Positions 20,577-30,279 of a stretch of DNA of 64,000 nt are shown here, piece after piece (positions within the stretch are counted from its first letter, which is position 1; each line of letters opens with the position of its first letter). The position numbers and the translations under genes were made by a program. Origin of the DNA: Patescibacteria group bacterium (GTDB lineage Bacteria; Patescibacteriota; Patescibacteriia; UBA1558; GWA2-36-10); the NCBI GenBank assembly GCA_041650755.1, contig JBAZKN010000003.1, positions 86,466 to 150,465 on the forward strand, written 5' to 3'. The notes under the pieces were generated by a model. It saw nothing but the letters and a program-made list of their open reading frames with translations. It made no database searches and was not told the DNA's origin.

Positions 20577-21278
20577 ATGAAGCGTCTGGTCGTTTTCCTG
20601 TGCCTGCTGGCCCTGGCCAGTGGGTGCGCTACTGTTCGGGACCCCAGTGGAAGGGTCCTCACCGGGCATCGCAGCGACCCAGAGCCCACGGCCCGGCTCA
20701 TCCTCAAACAGCGGGCCAGTCAACCCATCGAGGTTGACTATCGCTGGCCGGCAACAGACTTCCAGCTCGTCATGCCTGGCACCGACTTCTCGATCGACTC
20801 GAAAACGTACTGGCAGTCACGCATTACCATCAGGTGGTACTGCAGTGGCTGTTCGACAACCGAAGTGGGCCAGACCGCAGAGCAGATGTCGTTCGAAACG
20901 ACAATGCTCTATGACCAAAAGCCAATAGTGATCGACGATTTCTTCCTGCGGAAAATGATGCTCCAACACGGAGTCATCATGAATAGCGACATCCTCCCTG
21001 TGCACATATGGAATAACAGGGGCATCGACTATGGCATCATCGAACCGCGAAAATCGACGGGCATCAAGGAGCTACTGCCCGGCACAGTGACGTTCTACTG
21101 TCAATACATGGTGCGCCGAGCCGATCGCTGGCTATACAGCTACGATCGCAGCATCCGCTCGATCACCATTTCGATCGACAACAAGGACGACAACTTCGTC
21201 TGGGTCGACGAAAGGGGTGTATCCCACCTATTGGGTTGGCATGTCAATGCCGAGCCAATGGCCATCCCTGAACGCTGA
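20577..21278 (+). CDS. GC-rich orphan lipoprotein (orphan A)
   Basis: SD AAAGGAG; signal peptide with lipobox LASGC; clearly more GC-rich than its flanks. Confidence 0.75.
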   Translation: MKRLVVFLCLLALASGCATVRDPSGRVLTGHRSDPEPTARLILKQRASQPIEVDYRWPATDFQLVMPGTDFSIDSKTYWQSRITIRWYCSGCSTTEVGQTAEQMSFETTMLYDQKPIVIDDFFLRKMMLQHGVIMNSDILPVHIWNNRGIDYGIIEPRKSTGIKELLPGTVTFYCQYMVRRADRWLYSYDRSIRSITISIDNKDDNFVWVDERGVSHLLGWHVNAEPMAIPER

Positions 21279-21284
21279 AAACAA

Positions 21285-21335
21285 AGGGCCCCGGCGCCGC
21301 CGCTATGCGGCGTGCGCCGGGGCCCTCTTCTTTTT
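21285..21335 (+). terminator. Long GC hairpin terminator
   Basis: AGGGCCCCGGCGC...GCGCCGGGGCCCT followed by CTTCTTTTT. Confidence 0.75.
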
Positions 21336-21355
21336 CTAAAAAATTTTAAAATTAT

Positions 21356-21754
21356 CTACCCCCCACCAGTCATGCCGCCACCCGTTGGGCTAAGACTAGC
21401 CCTAGCCAAAAACTTGACTACATAATAAACAATCGCGTAAGAAGCAAAGATAATCAACAAGCCAATCATGGAATTAATAATGGTCTCTTTGGCTTTTTTT
21501 ATTTGGTCAGGATTGCCGGACGAGGTCATCCAGCGAATGCCAGACATAATAATCAAAACTATAAATATCGCCCCGACAAAAGATAGAATGATGTTGATTA
21601 TGGCCGAGATAATTTGCACCGGATCACGATTAGTAATCAAACCAGTATTGCTACCAGCTCGACGCAAAGATTCTAATGGGTCAACCTCATCAGCTAATGC
21701 TACTGCCGGCAATAGTAGAATAAAAAGAAAAATAATTTTTAAGAGATATCGCAT
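21356..21754 (-). CDS. TrbC/VirB2-like pilin
   Basis: Signal peptide and two TM segments around SGIRWMTSSGNPDQIKKAK..I.NSMIGL. Confidence 0.8.
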   Translation of the reverse strand: MRYLLKIIFLFILLLPAVALADEVDPLESLRRAGSNTGLITNRDPVQIISAIINIILSFVGAIFIVLIIMSGIRWMTSSGNPDQIKKAKETIINSMIGLLIIFASYAIVYYVVKFLARASLSPTGGGMTGGG

Positions 21755-21846
21755 AAAAAATAGCTAATACAAGCTCTATAGTCCAAGCCCTAGTAGGCTA
21801 TAAAATAGCCTACTATAGTCTAGACTATATGTCTAAGATAAAAAAA

Positions 21847-22221
21847 CTATGGAGTTGTGGCAACAGTATTATTGAACAATGAACCGATGATGAAGGTGGA
21901 TAGAGCATAAGCGGCAAAGATGATGGCAATGCCGATAACGGCAGCGCCCATCAATTTCTTGGCTTCATCAATCTTATCGGTGTTGCCCTGGGAAGTTAAC
22001 CATTTGAAGCCAGCATACAAGAATAACAAAATGGCTAAAGCGCCCAAAAAGCTCAAAATGATGTTGATGATATTTGATACGGTTTCATAAACATTCTTGG
22101 TGGAATAAACCAACAAATTGTTTAAGTTTTGGGTACCAAAATTGGTAACGTCAACAGCTAAAGCTTGGTTGGCCACCAACATACTGGGCAATAAAAGCGC
22201 TAAGGCTAATAATTTTTTCAT
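21847..22221 (-). CDS. TrbC/VirB2-like pilin (candidate major pilin)
   Basis: YAGFKWLTSQGNTDKIDEAK motif; strong G-rich RBS AAAGGGGGTG; own upstream TTGACA promoter. Confidence 0.8.
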   Translation of the reverse strand: MKKLLALALLLPSMLVANQALAVDVTNFGTQNLNNLLVYSTKNVYETVSNIINIILSFLGALAILLFLYAGFKWLTSQGNTDKIDEAKKLMGAAVIGIAIIFAAYALSTFIIGSLFNNTVATTP

Positions 22222-22321
22222 TTTTTCACCCCCTTTCTTGTTTTAGGCTATTATCAAATAAATGGACTAAACCTACTAAAGTATAAACTAAAATTAGCTT
22301 TTTTTCAAGTTTTGTCAAGCC

Positions 22322-22651
22322 TTATCTAGTAACTAATAGCGTACCCATAATAAAATTCAAAATCACATAAGAAACAAAGATCATGACCAGGCCAAAAATT
22401 GCCCAAACCAATGTGTCTTTGCCCCTAGTAATACGGTCTTTATTGCCTTGGGAAGTAAGCCAAGTTACGCCCCCAATAATCAAGTATATCAAGGCTATGG
22501 CTCCAACTATGCCCAAAACGCCCCTAATAGTATACTGAATGGCTGTCTCTACATCATTAGCTTTTAATGGATTATACAGGGGAACATCAGCCCTAGCCAC
22601 CCACGGGGCTAGTAATGGCAACAAACCAAAGATTATTTTTTTATTTTTCAT
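22322..22651 (-). CDS. TrbC/VirB2-like pilin
   Basis: GGVTWLTSQGNKDRITRGKDTLVWAIFG. Confidence 0.8.
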   Translation of the reverse strand: MKNKKIIFGLLPLLAPWVARADVPLYNPLKANDVETAIQYTIRGVLGIVGAIALIYLIIGGVTWLTSQGNKDRITRGKDTLVWAIFGLVMIFVSYVILNFIMGTLLVTR

Positions 22652-22671
22652 ATGTATAAAAATAAATTATC

Positions 22672-23373
22672 TTAAGGCAAGCTGACGCAGCCGGGCGTAA
22701 GTAAACAATCACTAATGGCCTGATAGGTGGGGTCAGCAAAAATCGCCGGGTTGCCACTAGCATCAAATTTGGTGCAAATATTACTCACGCCGCCGGGACA
22801 CAGGTCTTTCTCAAAGTAAGCCGGTGCATTGATACTGGCCGCTAAACTTTCAGCAATAGTATGGCAGCGCCAGTCTTCGTTAGCCATCACTGCCTTCATC
22901 TCGCAGCGGCTAATGCAATCCTCTTGATAACACACGTAAACATCACTGCCGCCACAAGCAGTATTATCCGCCTTACCTTGGCACTCTGGTACTTCTTGGG
23001 CAATCCTGACCTCTTCTTTAACATTCAACATATTGTTGACGAAAAAACTCAAAACCAAATAGCTAGTAAAAGCTATAACCAGCGCCCAAATGGTGTTGAC
23101 CATTATTTCTTTACCCCGGCTAATGCGATTTGGCACGCCTTCAGATGTCAGCCACTCTATGCCACCATAGATAAAAAATAACAGGGCCACGCCGGCCATA
23201 CCACCCAAAAGCAATTTAATCAAAAGTATCAATGCTGTGCTAATATCCGCCAGCTGGCAATCACCGCTATCTAAACAATTTTTCAAAGCTGGATTATCCA
23301 AAAATCCGGTAATGGCCGCCTGGCTGCCAAGTGGCCAAAGTAAAAAAATAAGCCAGCCAAGTTTTTTAATCAT
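22672..23373 (-). CDS. TrbC/VirB2-like pilin with Cys-rich C-terminal extension
   Basis: YGGIEWLTSEG..RGKEIMVN followed by a Cys-rich domain. Confidence 0.75.
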   Translation of the reverse strand: MIKKLGWLIFLLWPLGSQAAITGFLDNPALKNCLDSGDCQLADISTALILLIKLLLGGMAGVALLFFIYGGIEWLTSEGVPNRISRGKEIMVNTIWALVIAFTSYLVLSFFVNNMLNVKEEVRIAQEVPECQGKADNTACGGSDVYVCYQEDCISRCEMKAVMANEDWRCHTIAESLAASINAPAYFEKDLCPGGVSNICTKFDASGNPAIFADPTYQAISDCLLTPGCVSLP

Positions 23374-24745
23374 TTTTTGATTGATAAGTTTGATTAATGC
23401 GATCAACTAGTGCCCTCAGATCGGTCGTCTTATTTAAATCTATTTTGCCGGAATTTATATCATTTATAAAATCGGCAAAATATTGTTCGGCTTTATTATA
23501 ATCATAGCCATTATACCAATTGTCGGCTGTCAAAACCTGCGAAGCGAAAACAGCTAACTCTGGATCGGCTGTCTGCTCTTTGATCAAAGAACGCAGCGCG
23601 GTTGGCTTTTTAGTATTCTTTAAATAAGTCTTTACCAGATCGGCTGAAGCAGTGCTTTGGATAAAATTCCAGGCCGCATCACTATTTTTTGATTTGGCCG
23701 GCACTACATTGACCCAATAATCAGAGTAATATTTGGTGCCTTGGCTACCGGGAGTTTGGGGAAAATTAGTTATTCGCCACTCAAAGGGCGTGCCCTTCTG
23801 TCGCAAAGCATCAGCGTGATAACTATAGCCAAAAAAATAAGCTAATTTACCTTCGGCAAACATATCAAAAGCATTGGGTAAAGAATTGCTCCAGCTATAA
23901 CTAGATAGGCCGACCCGCATAAAATCAGTGTAAAAACCCAGATCTCTGGCAAGATTACTGGCTGAAGTGTCATCGCGCAAAGGCAAAAAAGAATTACCCT
24001 TAATATTTACATTTGTTTGCAATAATAAATTGGATATGATGCCTAAAAATCCCGGTATATTATCAGCTCCACCCATAGCTACAGCTGCCTGATAAATCTC
24101 ATTATCTTGGCCAACCTTAGTCAATTTTGGGGTCTGCTCTATTAATTCAGAAAAATCCTTCATCGGCTCGGCTATACCAGCAGCGGATAACAATTTTGAA
24201 TTATAAAAAGTCACCATAGTATCCAATGAATACGGCAGGCCATATATCTTTCCATCTCTAACTACATTATTATAAACCACATCAACAAAACGAGATTTAA
24301 TATCATCAGACGAGTATCCCTTTACTTCCTGCAAACTAGTAACGACTTCTTTTTTAATAGACCCCTTTACCTCTTGTACTGGGATTTTTACGCTGGCTGG
24401 CATCGGTTTCAAACGCGACTCATATTCTTTTAGCCAACTAGCTGGTATGGCAAATATGTCTGGGCCACGATCATCGGCCCAGGCTTCTAATAGTTCGTTC
24501 TCATATTCTTCATAACGCAATTGGCGGTACTGTACCTTGATGGTTGGGTGAGTAGCTTGATAAGCCTGAATCAATGGCCCAATTTGGGCTTGGCTATCCC
24601 ACACCCCCCAATATTGCAAAGTGACTGGTCTGGCTTCTGGTGGCTTGGTAATACTGCAACCGCCAGTAGAATTTTTACAGGCAAAACCAGAGGTGATCAT
24701 CAACACGCCAATTAATAATAATGATAATTTTTTGTAGCTGCGCAT
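23366..24745 (-). CDS. Extracellular solute-binding lipoprotein (sugar SBP family 1-like)
   Basis: Lipobox-like SGFAC; GPDIF, GKIYGLPY and FAEGKLA motifs. Confidence 0.8.
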   Translation of the reverse strand: MRSYKKLSLLLIGVLMITSGFACKNSTGGCSITKPPEARPVTLQYWGVWDSQAQIGPLIQAYQATHPTIKVQYRQLRYEEYENELLEAWADDRGPDIFAIPASWLKEYESRLKPMPASVKIPVQEVKGSIKKEVVTSLQEVKGYSSDDIKSRFVDVVYNNVVRDGKIYGLPYSLDTMVTFYNSKLLSAAGIAEPMKDFSELIEQTPKLTKVGQDNEIYQAAVAMGGADNIPGFLGIISNLLLQTNVNIKGNSFLPLRDDTSASNLARDLGFYTDFMRVGLSSYSWSNSLPNAFDMFAEGKLAYFFGYSYHADALRQKGTPFEWRITNFPQTPGSQGTKYYSDYWVNVVPAKSKNSDAAWNFIQSTASADLVKTYLKNTKKPTALRSLIKEQTADPELAVFASQVLTADNWYNGYDYNKAEQYFADFINDINSGKIDLNKTTDLRALVDRINQTYQSKND

Positions 24746-24751
24746 TGGTAT

Positions 24752-25612
24752 TTACCTATTTTTTATATATTTTTTTAAGGCTTCTCTAAATTCTTTTCTG
24801 TCCCAGGCATATTCTAAGGTTGTCCTAAATAAATTAAGCGGGTCGCCAGTGGTCAACCATTGACCATCCTCTATCTCTTTAGCATAAAATTCACCGCCCG
24901 ACTCAATGTAGGTTCTAATAGCATCGACTACCCATAGTTCACCACCCTTACCTAACCTGGTTTTTTTTAAAATATCCACGATGTCTTGATTTAAAATCAT
25001 TCTGCCAAAATCAGCCAGACGAGAAGGAGTATTTTTTGGTGACGGCTTCTCAACTATATCGACAATTTGCATTGTTTTTTTATTTTTTATTTTAACAATG
25101 CCATATCTAGCAACTTGATCAAGCGGCACTTTTTGGACGCCGATCATTAGGTGGCCAGTCTTGTAATAGTCGTCAACCATCTGCTTGGCAAAAGGGATTT
25201 TTGACTTTACCAGGTCATCTCCCCAAACATACATGAATGGCCCATCATCAACCAGACTAGCCGCCGACAGAACTGGCGTACCATTACCATAGGGGCCCTT
25301 CTGTCTGACATAAATAAAATTGGCCATCTCAGATATCCGTCTGATCTCTTCCAATTTTTCTTTTTTGCCAGCTCTGGCCAGCTCCTGCTCCAGAGCCCAA
25401 GAATTATCAAAATGATCTTCCAGGGGCTTTTTATCCCACTTAGTCACCAGAATTATATCTTTAATGTCAGCGGAAACTAATTCTTCCACTACCAATTGAA
25501 TGGCCGGCTTGTCGACTATCGGCAACATTTCCTTGGGCATTGTTTTAGTGGCTGGCAAAAACCTAGTCCCAGAACCAGCCACGGCAATAATTGCTTTTCT
25601 GATCTTAAGCAT
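24752..25612 (-). CDS. galU: UTP--glucose-1-phosphate uridylyltransferase
   Basis: AGSGTRFLPATK..PKEMLPIVDKP and VEKP. Confidence 0.88.
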   Translation of the reverse strand: MLKIRKAIIAVAGSGTRFLPATKTMPKEMLPIVDKPAIQLVVEELVSADIKDIILVTKWDKKPLEDHFDNSWALEQELARAGKKEKLEEIRRISEMANFIYVRQKGPYGNGTPVLSAASLVDDGPFMYVWGDDLVKSKIPFAKQMVDDYYKTGHLMIGVQKVPLDQVARYGIVKIKNKKTMQIVDIVEKPSPKNTPSRLADFGRMILNQDIVDILKKTRLGKGGELWVVDAIRTYIESGGEFYAKEIEDGQWLTTGDPLNLFRTTLEYAWDRKEFREALKKYIKNR

Positions 25613-25716
25613 GGATATATTATACTAAAATTCGACCTAATTGTAAATTTTATAACAAACAATTGACGCGTGTGCCAATCTCATCAAAAATAAAAATCGA
25701 TAGCCGCTACTTCCTT

Positions 25717-27021
25717 TTATCCCTGCGGGGGAAGAGTGTTTTTGGACAATATAGTAAACGCTAATAAAGCAAAAAATAAAATACTTAGATCATTTTTGAA
25801 ATATGGTACGTCTACTAGGCCCTGGGTAAACCAAGTAAGCCAGGCTAGGGTCAGGGGCCAAGCTAGCCAATGTCTGACTTTATGTAAGGCAAGCAAATCC
25901 TGGACAATAAAAAATAAGCACAATAAAAATACCAACAATCCTAAAAACCCCACCTCGCTCCAAAAATTTAAAAATACATTATGCGGATACAGGTAAATTT
26001 CTAGCCAATCCACTTTATGATAAGCACCCATAGCTGCCTGGTAGCCATTGATGCCGGCACCAAAAATAAAATTGTGCCTTAACATTTGCCAGGTTTCTTG
26101 CCATTGGCTGCTCCGAATCTCCAAAGAACTTGCTTGTAAATTCAATTCTGGTTTGAATAATTGCTGACGAAAGCTTTGACCAGCATTGCTCTGCCAAACC
26201 AGCACTAGTATGGCAACACCCAAAACTAACCAGGCACCAAAATTATACTTACCAAATTTCTTATAAGAAATATTCCACAGAATAACCAGGCACCAAACAA
26301 CTAGAGCGGTGATAATGCCAGCCAGAGCGCCCTGGCTAACTGCCCAAACAGACAACATCACGCCCATGGCCGTCAAAACTAAATAAAATAAATTATTTTT
26401 TTTGGTGATCAAATAAAGTCCCGCAAAAAAACTAGTCAGAGGAGCCGTTAATAAGCTCAGGGCGTTGGGATAAGAAAAAATTGAAGTAAGGCGAATAGTG
26501 TTGGGGTAATTATATTCTGGCGGCAAATACCAAAAACCATATTTTTGCCAAGCGGCTACGAAAAATAGCCAAAGCACCAGTAACCCCGAGGCACGAATAA
26601 TCATTCTTGTGTCTTCCGACTTACGCACCACATACATAAAAACCATAAAAAACATCATTGGTTCGAGCCAATAAGCCCGCCATAAACCCAAAGCGTGAAA
26701 ACTAGGGTGAACCACCAAGCCGATAATACTCACCAACAACCAAGCCAAAAGCAAATAGCGCCATTTGCCGGGTACCACATTTTCTGCTCTGCTCTGAAAA
26801 TAAAAATTAATACGTTCAAAGCGTTGATCCTTAAGCAGCCAGACCAAGAATAAAAGCCAGATCATTATTTCTAAAAAAGTGCTGGGTAAGCCAAAAAATT
26901 GCCAGCGCCAAAGATAGCTTGGCAACAAAACCAAAATAACAGCCACGCCGAAGCTTAATCGGTAATAGGCTAGATAAATAAATAATAGGCTGGCCAATAA
27001 AAGCCAAATGAGGCTAGGCAT
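25717..27021 (-). CDS. O-antigen ligase family (Wzy_C) membrane protein
   Basis: YPNAL, R..QW and YPHN.FL motifs; multiple TM segments. Confidence 0.8.
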   Translation of the reverse strand: MPSLIWLLLASLLFIYLAYYRLSFGVAVILVLLPSYLWRWQFFGLPSTFLEIMIWLLFLVWLLKDQRFERINFYFQSRAENVVPGKWRYLLLAWLLVSIIGLVVHPSFHALGLWRAYWLEPMMFFMVFMYVVRKSEDTRMIIRASGLLVLWLFFVAAWQKYGFWYLPPEYNYPNTIRLTSIFSYPNALSLLTAPLTSFFAGLYLITKKNNLFYLVLTAMGVMLSVWAVSQGALAGIITALVVWCLVILWNISYKKFGKYNFGAWLVLGVAILVLVWQSNAGQSFRQQLFKPELNLQASSLEIRSSQWQETWQMLRHNFIFGAGINGYQAAMGAYHKVDWLEIYLYPHNVFLNFWSEVGFLGLLVFLLCLFFIVQDLLALHKVRHWLAWPLTLAWLTWFTQGLVDVPYFKNDLSILFFALLAFTILSKNTLPPQG

Positions 27022-28447
27022 CAACTTGTCTATTCAAAATGTTTCTTATTTTTTCTCGGTCTATCACTTTAAATAAGTAGAGCCAGACAAAATAAACCAG
27101 ACTGGCCAATATACCAGAGATGATTACTTCTGCGCCCCTAAAAAACCAGAAAATAACAAAGGTCAAGGCACCGGCCGCCAATATCCGCCAAAAGCCAGAG
27201 GTTTGTAATCTAATGGTTAATTTCTTTTGCACCAATCTAAACGCCCAAATACAAATCAAGGTTTCCACCAAAACCGTGACTATGGCGGCTGCCCAATAAT
27301 AATATCGCGGTATAAAGATAAAATACCCCAACAAACCAATGATGGCGGCTGCTAAATAATAGCGCACCATGGTTTTCTGTAAACCCAAAGCCACCACCAA
27401 ATAAGTAAACATGGTGCCAAAAAATATCGCCGCCACCGCTAAAACCAAAATATTTAGTATCGGACCAGAGCCAGCAAATTCTTGGCCAGTAAGTAAAACC
27501 ATCATTGGCTTGCTCAAGAGCCAAACTATCAGAACAACCCAGACATTAATGATGCTAAAAAAATCGAAAGTGTTTTGCTGGATGGTCTGCAGCCGATCCA
27601 AATCTCTTTTCACCCAAACAGCCGTAAAAATTGGCAAGACCAAACTCATAAACATGTGTGGAAAGGTAGTTAAAACCTCTAGCACTTTATAGGCTGCCCC
27701 ATAAAGGCCAACTTTTTCGGCTGAATGATAAGCGGAGAGTATCAGGGTGTCGGCTCTAAAATAAACTAAGTTGAGAATAACCCCCAGAGACAGTGGCCAA
27801 GATATTTTAAAAACTTTTTTCCAATAAGAAAAATCCCAAGCAAAGCTCAATGGCTGGTGGCGCCAGAAAAAAAATAAAAATAATATCAAGCCGAGAAAGG
27901 CGCTAGCTGAATTCCAAAAAAGTATCTGATTTAAATTGCCGGCATGTAAATAAATATAAATAAGTGGCAACAAATAAACTATTTTGGAAAAAACATAAAC
28001 CAACGTGGCTCGAGCCATGTCTAGGTATTTAGCAAAAATAGCTGTCAGGGTGGAAATCAAACTTTGCCAGACAAAAGCGCCGGCCAAAAATATCACTCCG
28101 TTTTTTACCGCCTGATCATAGGGGAAAATTTTTATCAAAAATGGCGCCAAGATAAAAATCAATAATGAAGCCAGGAGACGAATAGTAAAAATATTATCAA
28201 CTCTCTTTTTCTCTTCTTTTTTATCTTCAGTAGTAGAAATTTCATTCAAGAGTGTCATATATAAACCCAAGTCGCTAATGGTCATTAAGGTTTGTAGAAA
28301 AACAAAAACGGTAGTATAAAAACCAAACTGTGTCTGCCCCAAAATCCTAGTAATCAGGCCAATATTTACTATACCAATTACAATATCAAAAAACCTGATT
28401 ATTATCTGCCAGAGAGTATTGGTAAATATTTTATTGGCTGTTGACAT
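27014..28447 (-). CDS. Polysaccharide flippase (Wzx/MOP family)
   Basis: About 14 TM segments; DLGL, YFRADTLIL and VGLYGAAYK. Confidence 0.85.
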   Translation of the reverse strand: MSTANKIFTNTLWQIIIRFFDIVIGIVNIGLITRILGQTQFGFYTTVFVFLQTLMTISDLGLYMTLLNEISTTEDKKEEKKRVDNIFTIRLLASLLIFILAPFLIKIFPYDQAVKNGVIFLAGAFVWQSLISTLTAIFAKYLDMARATLVYVFSKIVYLLPLIYIYLHAGNLNQILFWNSASAFLGLILFLFFFWRHQPLSFAWDFSYWKKVFKISWPLSLGVILNLVYFRADTLILSAYHSAEKVGLYGAAYKVLEVLTTFPHMFMSLVLPIFTAVWVKRDLDRLQTIQQNTFDFFSIINVWVVLIVWLLSKPMMVLLTGQEFAGSGPILNILVLAVAAIFFGTMFTYLVVALGLQKTMVRYYLAAAIIGLLGYFIFIPRYYYWAAAIVTVLVETLICIWAFRLVQKKLTIRLQTSGFWRILAAGALTFVIFWFFRGAEVIISGILASLVYFVWLYLFKVIDREKIRNILNRQVDA

Positions 28448-28471
28448 GAGCTTATTATACTAATAAGAAAC

Positions 28472-28505
28472 AAAAAAAACAACCCGAAATTTTTTCCGGG
28501 TTGTT
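28472..28505 (-). terminator. recA terminator
   Basis: AACAACCCG..CGGGTTGTT hairpin with a T tract on the minus strand. Confidence 0.65.
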
Positions 28506-28513
28506 CCAAAAAA

Positions 28514-29530
28514 TTAAGTTAATTCAGCGGCTTTATGCGCCACCCAAACATCTTTTTTGATGCTGGTAATTATATCTGGATTTTCCTTCAAAAATGCCTT
28601 GGCGTTTTCCCGACCTACGCCCAACTTTGTTTCTCCATAACTATAAGAGTTACCGCTTTTGGCTACTATACTGAAGAGCAAACCAACGTCCAGCACATCA
28701 CCAGCCACCGAGATCCCCTCATTATACATGATATCAAAAGTAGCACTCTTAAATGGTGCGGCTACCTTGTTTTTTACCACCTTGGCCTTGACTTGATTAC
28801 CAATAATTTTTTCGCCTTGTTTTATCTGGGCTGCTCGCCTTACCTCAATGCGCACAGAGGAATAAAATTTCAAAGCATTTCCGCCAGTGGTGGTTTCCGG
28901 ATTACCAAAGAAAACGCCGATCTTCATCCTAATTTGATTAATAAAAATAACCATGGTCTGACTTTTGTGGACAATGCCGGCTAGTTTGCGTAAAGCCTGG
29001 CTCATTAGCCTGGCCTGCAAACCCATGTGTTGATCGCCCATGTCACCCTCTATCTCTGCCTTGGGGACAAGAGCAGCCACTGAATCGACCACAATCACCC
29101 CGACACTACCTGAGCGAACCAAGGTTTCTACTATTTCCAGAGCCTGCTCACCAGTATCTGGCTGAGAGATTAAAAGACTGTTGACATCTACGCCTATGCG
29201 GCGGGCATAATCTGGATCAAGAGCGTGTTCGGCATCAACAAAAGCCGCTATACCACCTTTTTTTTGCACTTCGGCAACAATATGTTGGGCTAAAGTTGTC
29301 TTACCAGAGGCTTCTGGCCCATAAATCTCAATTATCCTGCCCTTAGGCACGCCGCCCACCCCCAAAGCTAAATCCAAGGAAAGGCAGCCTGTACTCACTG
29401 TTTCCACATTCATGGCTTTGGCATCGCCTAGGCTCATAATTGCCCCTTCGCCAAAACGACTTCTAATTTGTTCGATGGCTGTCTTGGTGGCTTGGTCGAA
29501 GTTTGTTTTTACTTTTTTGTCACTCGCCAT
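28514..29530 (-). CDS. recA: Recombinase A
   Basis: [15 protein letters not shown] and GGNALKFY. Confidence 0.98.
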   Translation of the reverse strand: MASDKKVKTNFDQATKTAIEQIRSRFGEGAIMSLGDAKAMNVETVSTGCLSLDLALGVGGVPKGRIIEIYGPEASGKTTLAQHIVAEVQKKGGIAAFVDAEHALDPDYARRIGVDVNSLLISQPDTGEQALEIVETLVRSGSVGVIVVDSVAALVPKAEIEGDMGDQHMGLQARLMSQALRKLAGIVHKSQTMVIFINQIRMKIGVFFGNPETTTGGNALKFYSSVRIEVRRAAQIKQGEKIIGNQVKAKVVKNKVAAPFKSATFDIMYNEGISVAGDVLDVGLLFSIVAKSGNSYSYGETKLGVGRENAKAFLKENPDIITSIKKDVWVAHKAAELT

Positions 29531-29580
29531 AAATTTATCCCTTTTTTAGCAAACTTGCCTGTAACAGCCTGCTTAATTAA

Positions 29581-30258
29581 TTATTCTAAAGCTTCTCTTA
29601 AAATTACTAATTCCAAATGTCTAGTCTGGCTATGTTTCTTTTTAGCACTAATCTGTAAATTATTCAAGCCGACTACTAAATTAACGGTTTTTTTAAAATT
29701 ACCCTGTTCATCCAATAATACTAATTCATTATTTATTATCAGAGTGGCTTCGGCCTTGGTCCTACCAATAATTTCTACGGTAGTAGCTGTGGTTTTAAAA
29801 TTGTTTGGTGGTTGGGCTATCGCCAAGCTTGGCGGCGCAATAATATTAAACACCTCCCAACTCAAATAAGCAAGCAAAGCAAGCACCACTAAGCCGATAG
29901 CTAACCAGCGACCCAAGCGTGGCCGCCACCATGGCGGTGTTGTTGGTTGTTTTATTTTACCAGCAAACTCAACTGTGTCTATTTTTCGCGATATATTTTT
30001 TTCAATCTGATAATCTGCCAATAAACTATCTAGGGCCAAGGAAAACAACTTTGCATATTGCCTAAGCCAGGCGCGCACATAAACATCGCCCGGTAAGCTC
30101 GACCATTGACCAGCTTCTAAATATTCTAGATACTTCGTGGGGACGCAAAGCTGTTTGCTCAAATCGGCCAAAGATACGTTTTTATCTAAACGGGCCAGTT
30201 TTAATTTTTCCGCCAAAGTTTGATTACGGCTAATAGATTTTTTCTGCCAACTAGACAT
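29581..30258 (-). CDS. RodZ-like HTH membrane protein with C-terminal Ig-like domain
   Basis: HTH segment LEAGQWSSLPGDVYVRAWLRQYA, single TM helix, located between ftsK and recA. Confidence 0.7.
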   Translation of the reverse strand: MSSWQKKSISRNQTLAEKLKLARLDKNVSLADLSKQLCVPTKYLEYLEAGQWSSLPGDVYVRAWLRQYAKLFSLALDSLLADYQIEKNISRKIDTVEFAGKIKQPTTPPWWRPRLGRWLAIGLVVLALLAYLSWEVFNIIAPPSLAIAQPPNNFKTTATTVEIIGRTKAEATLIINNELVLLDEQGNFKKTVNLVVGLNNLQISAKKKHSQTRHLELVILREALE

Positions 30259-30279
30259 AAACCAATAATTCTAAATAAG

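Noticed and set aside
29531-29548. recA leader AAAAAAGGGAT as a fourth sRNA target
   Set aside because: It has a central mismatch to the seed and is equally explained as an ordinary purine-rich RBS.
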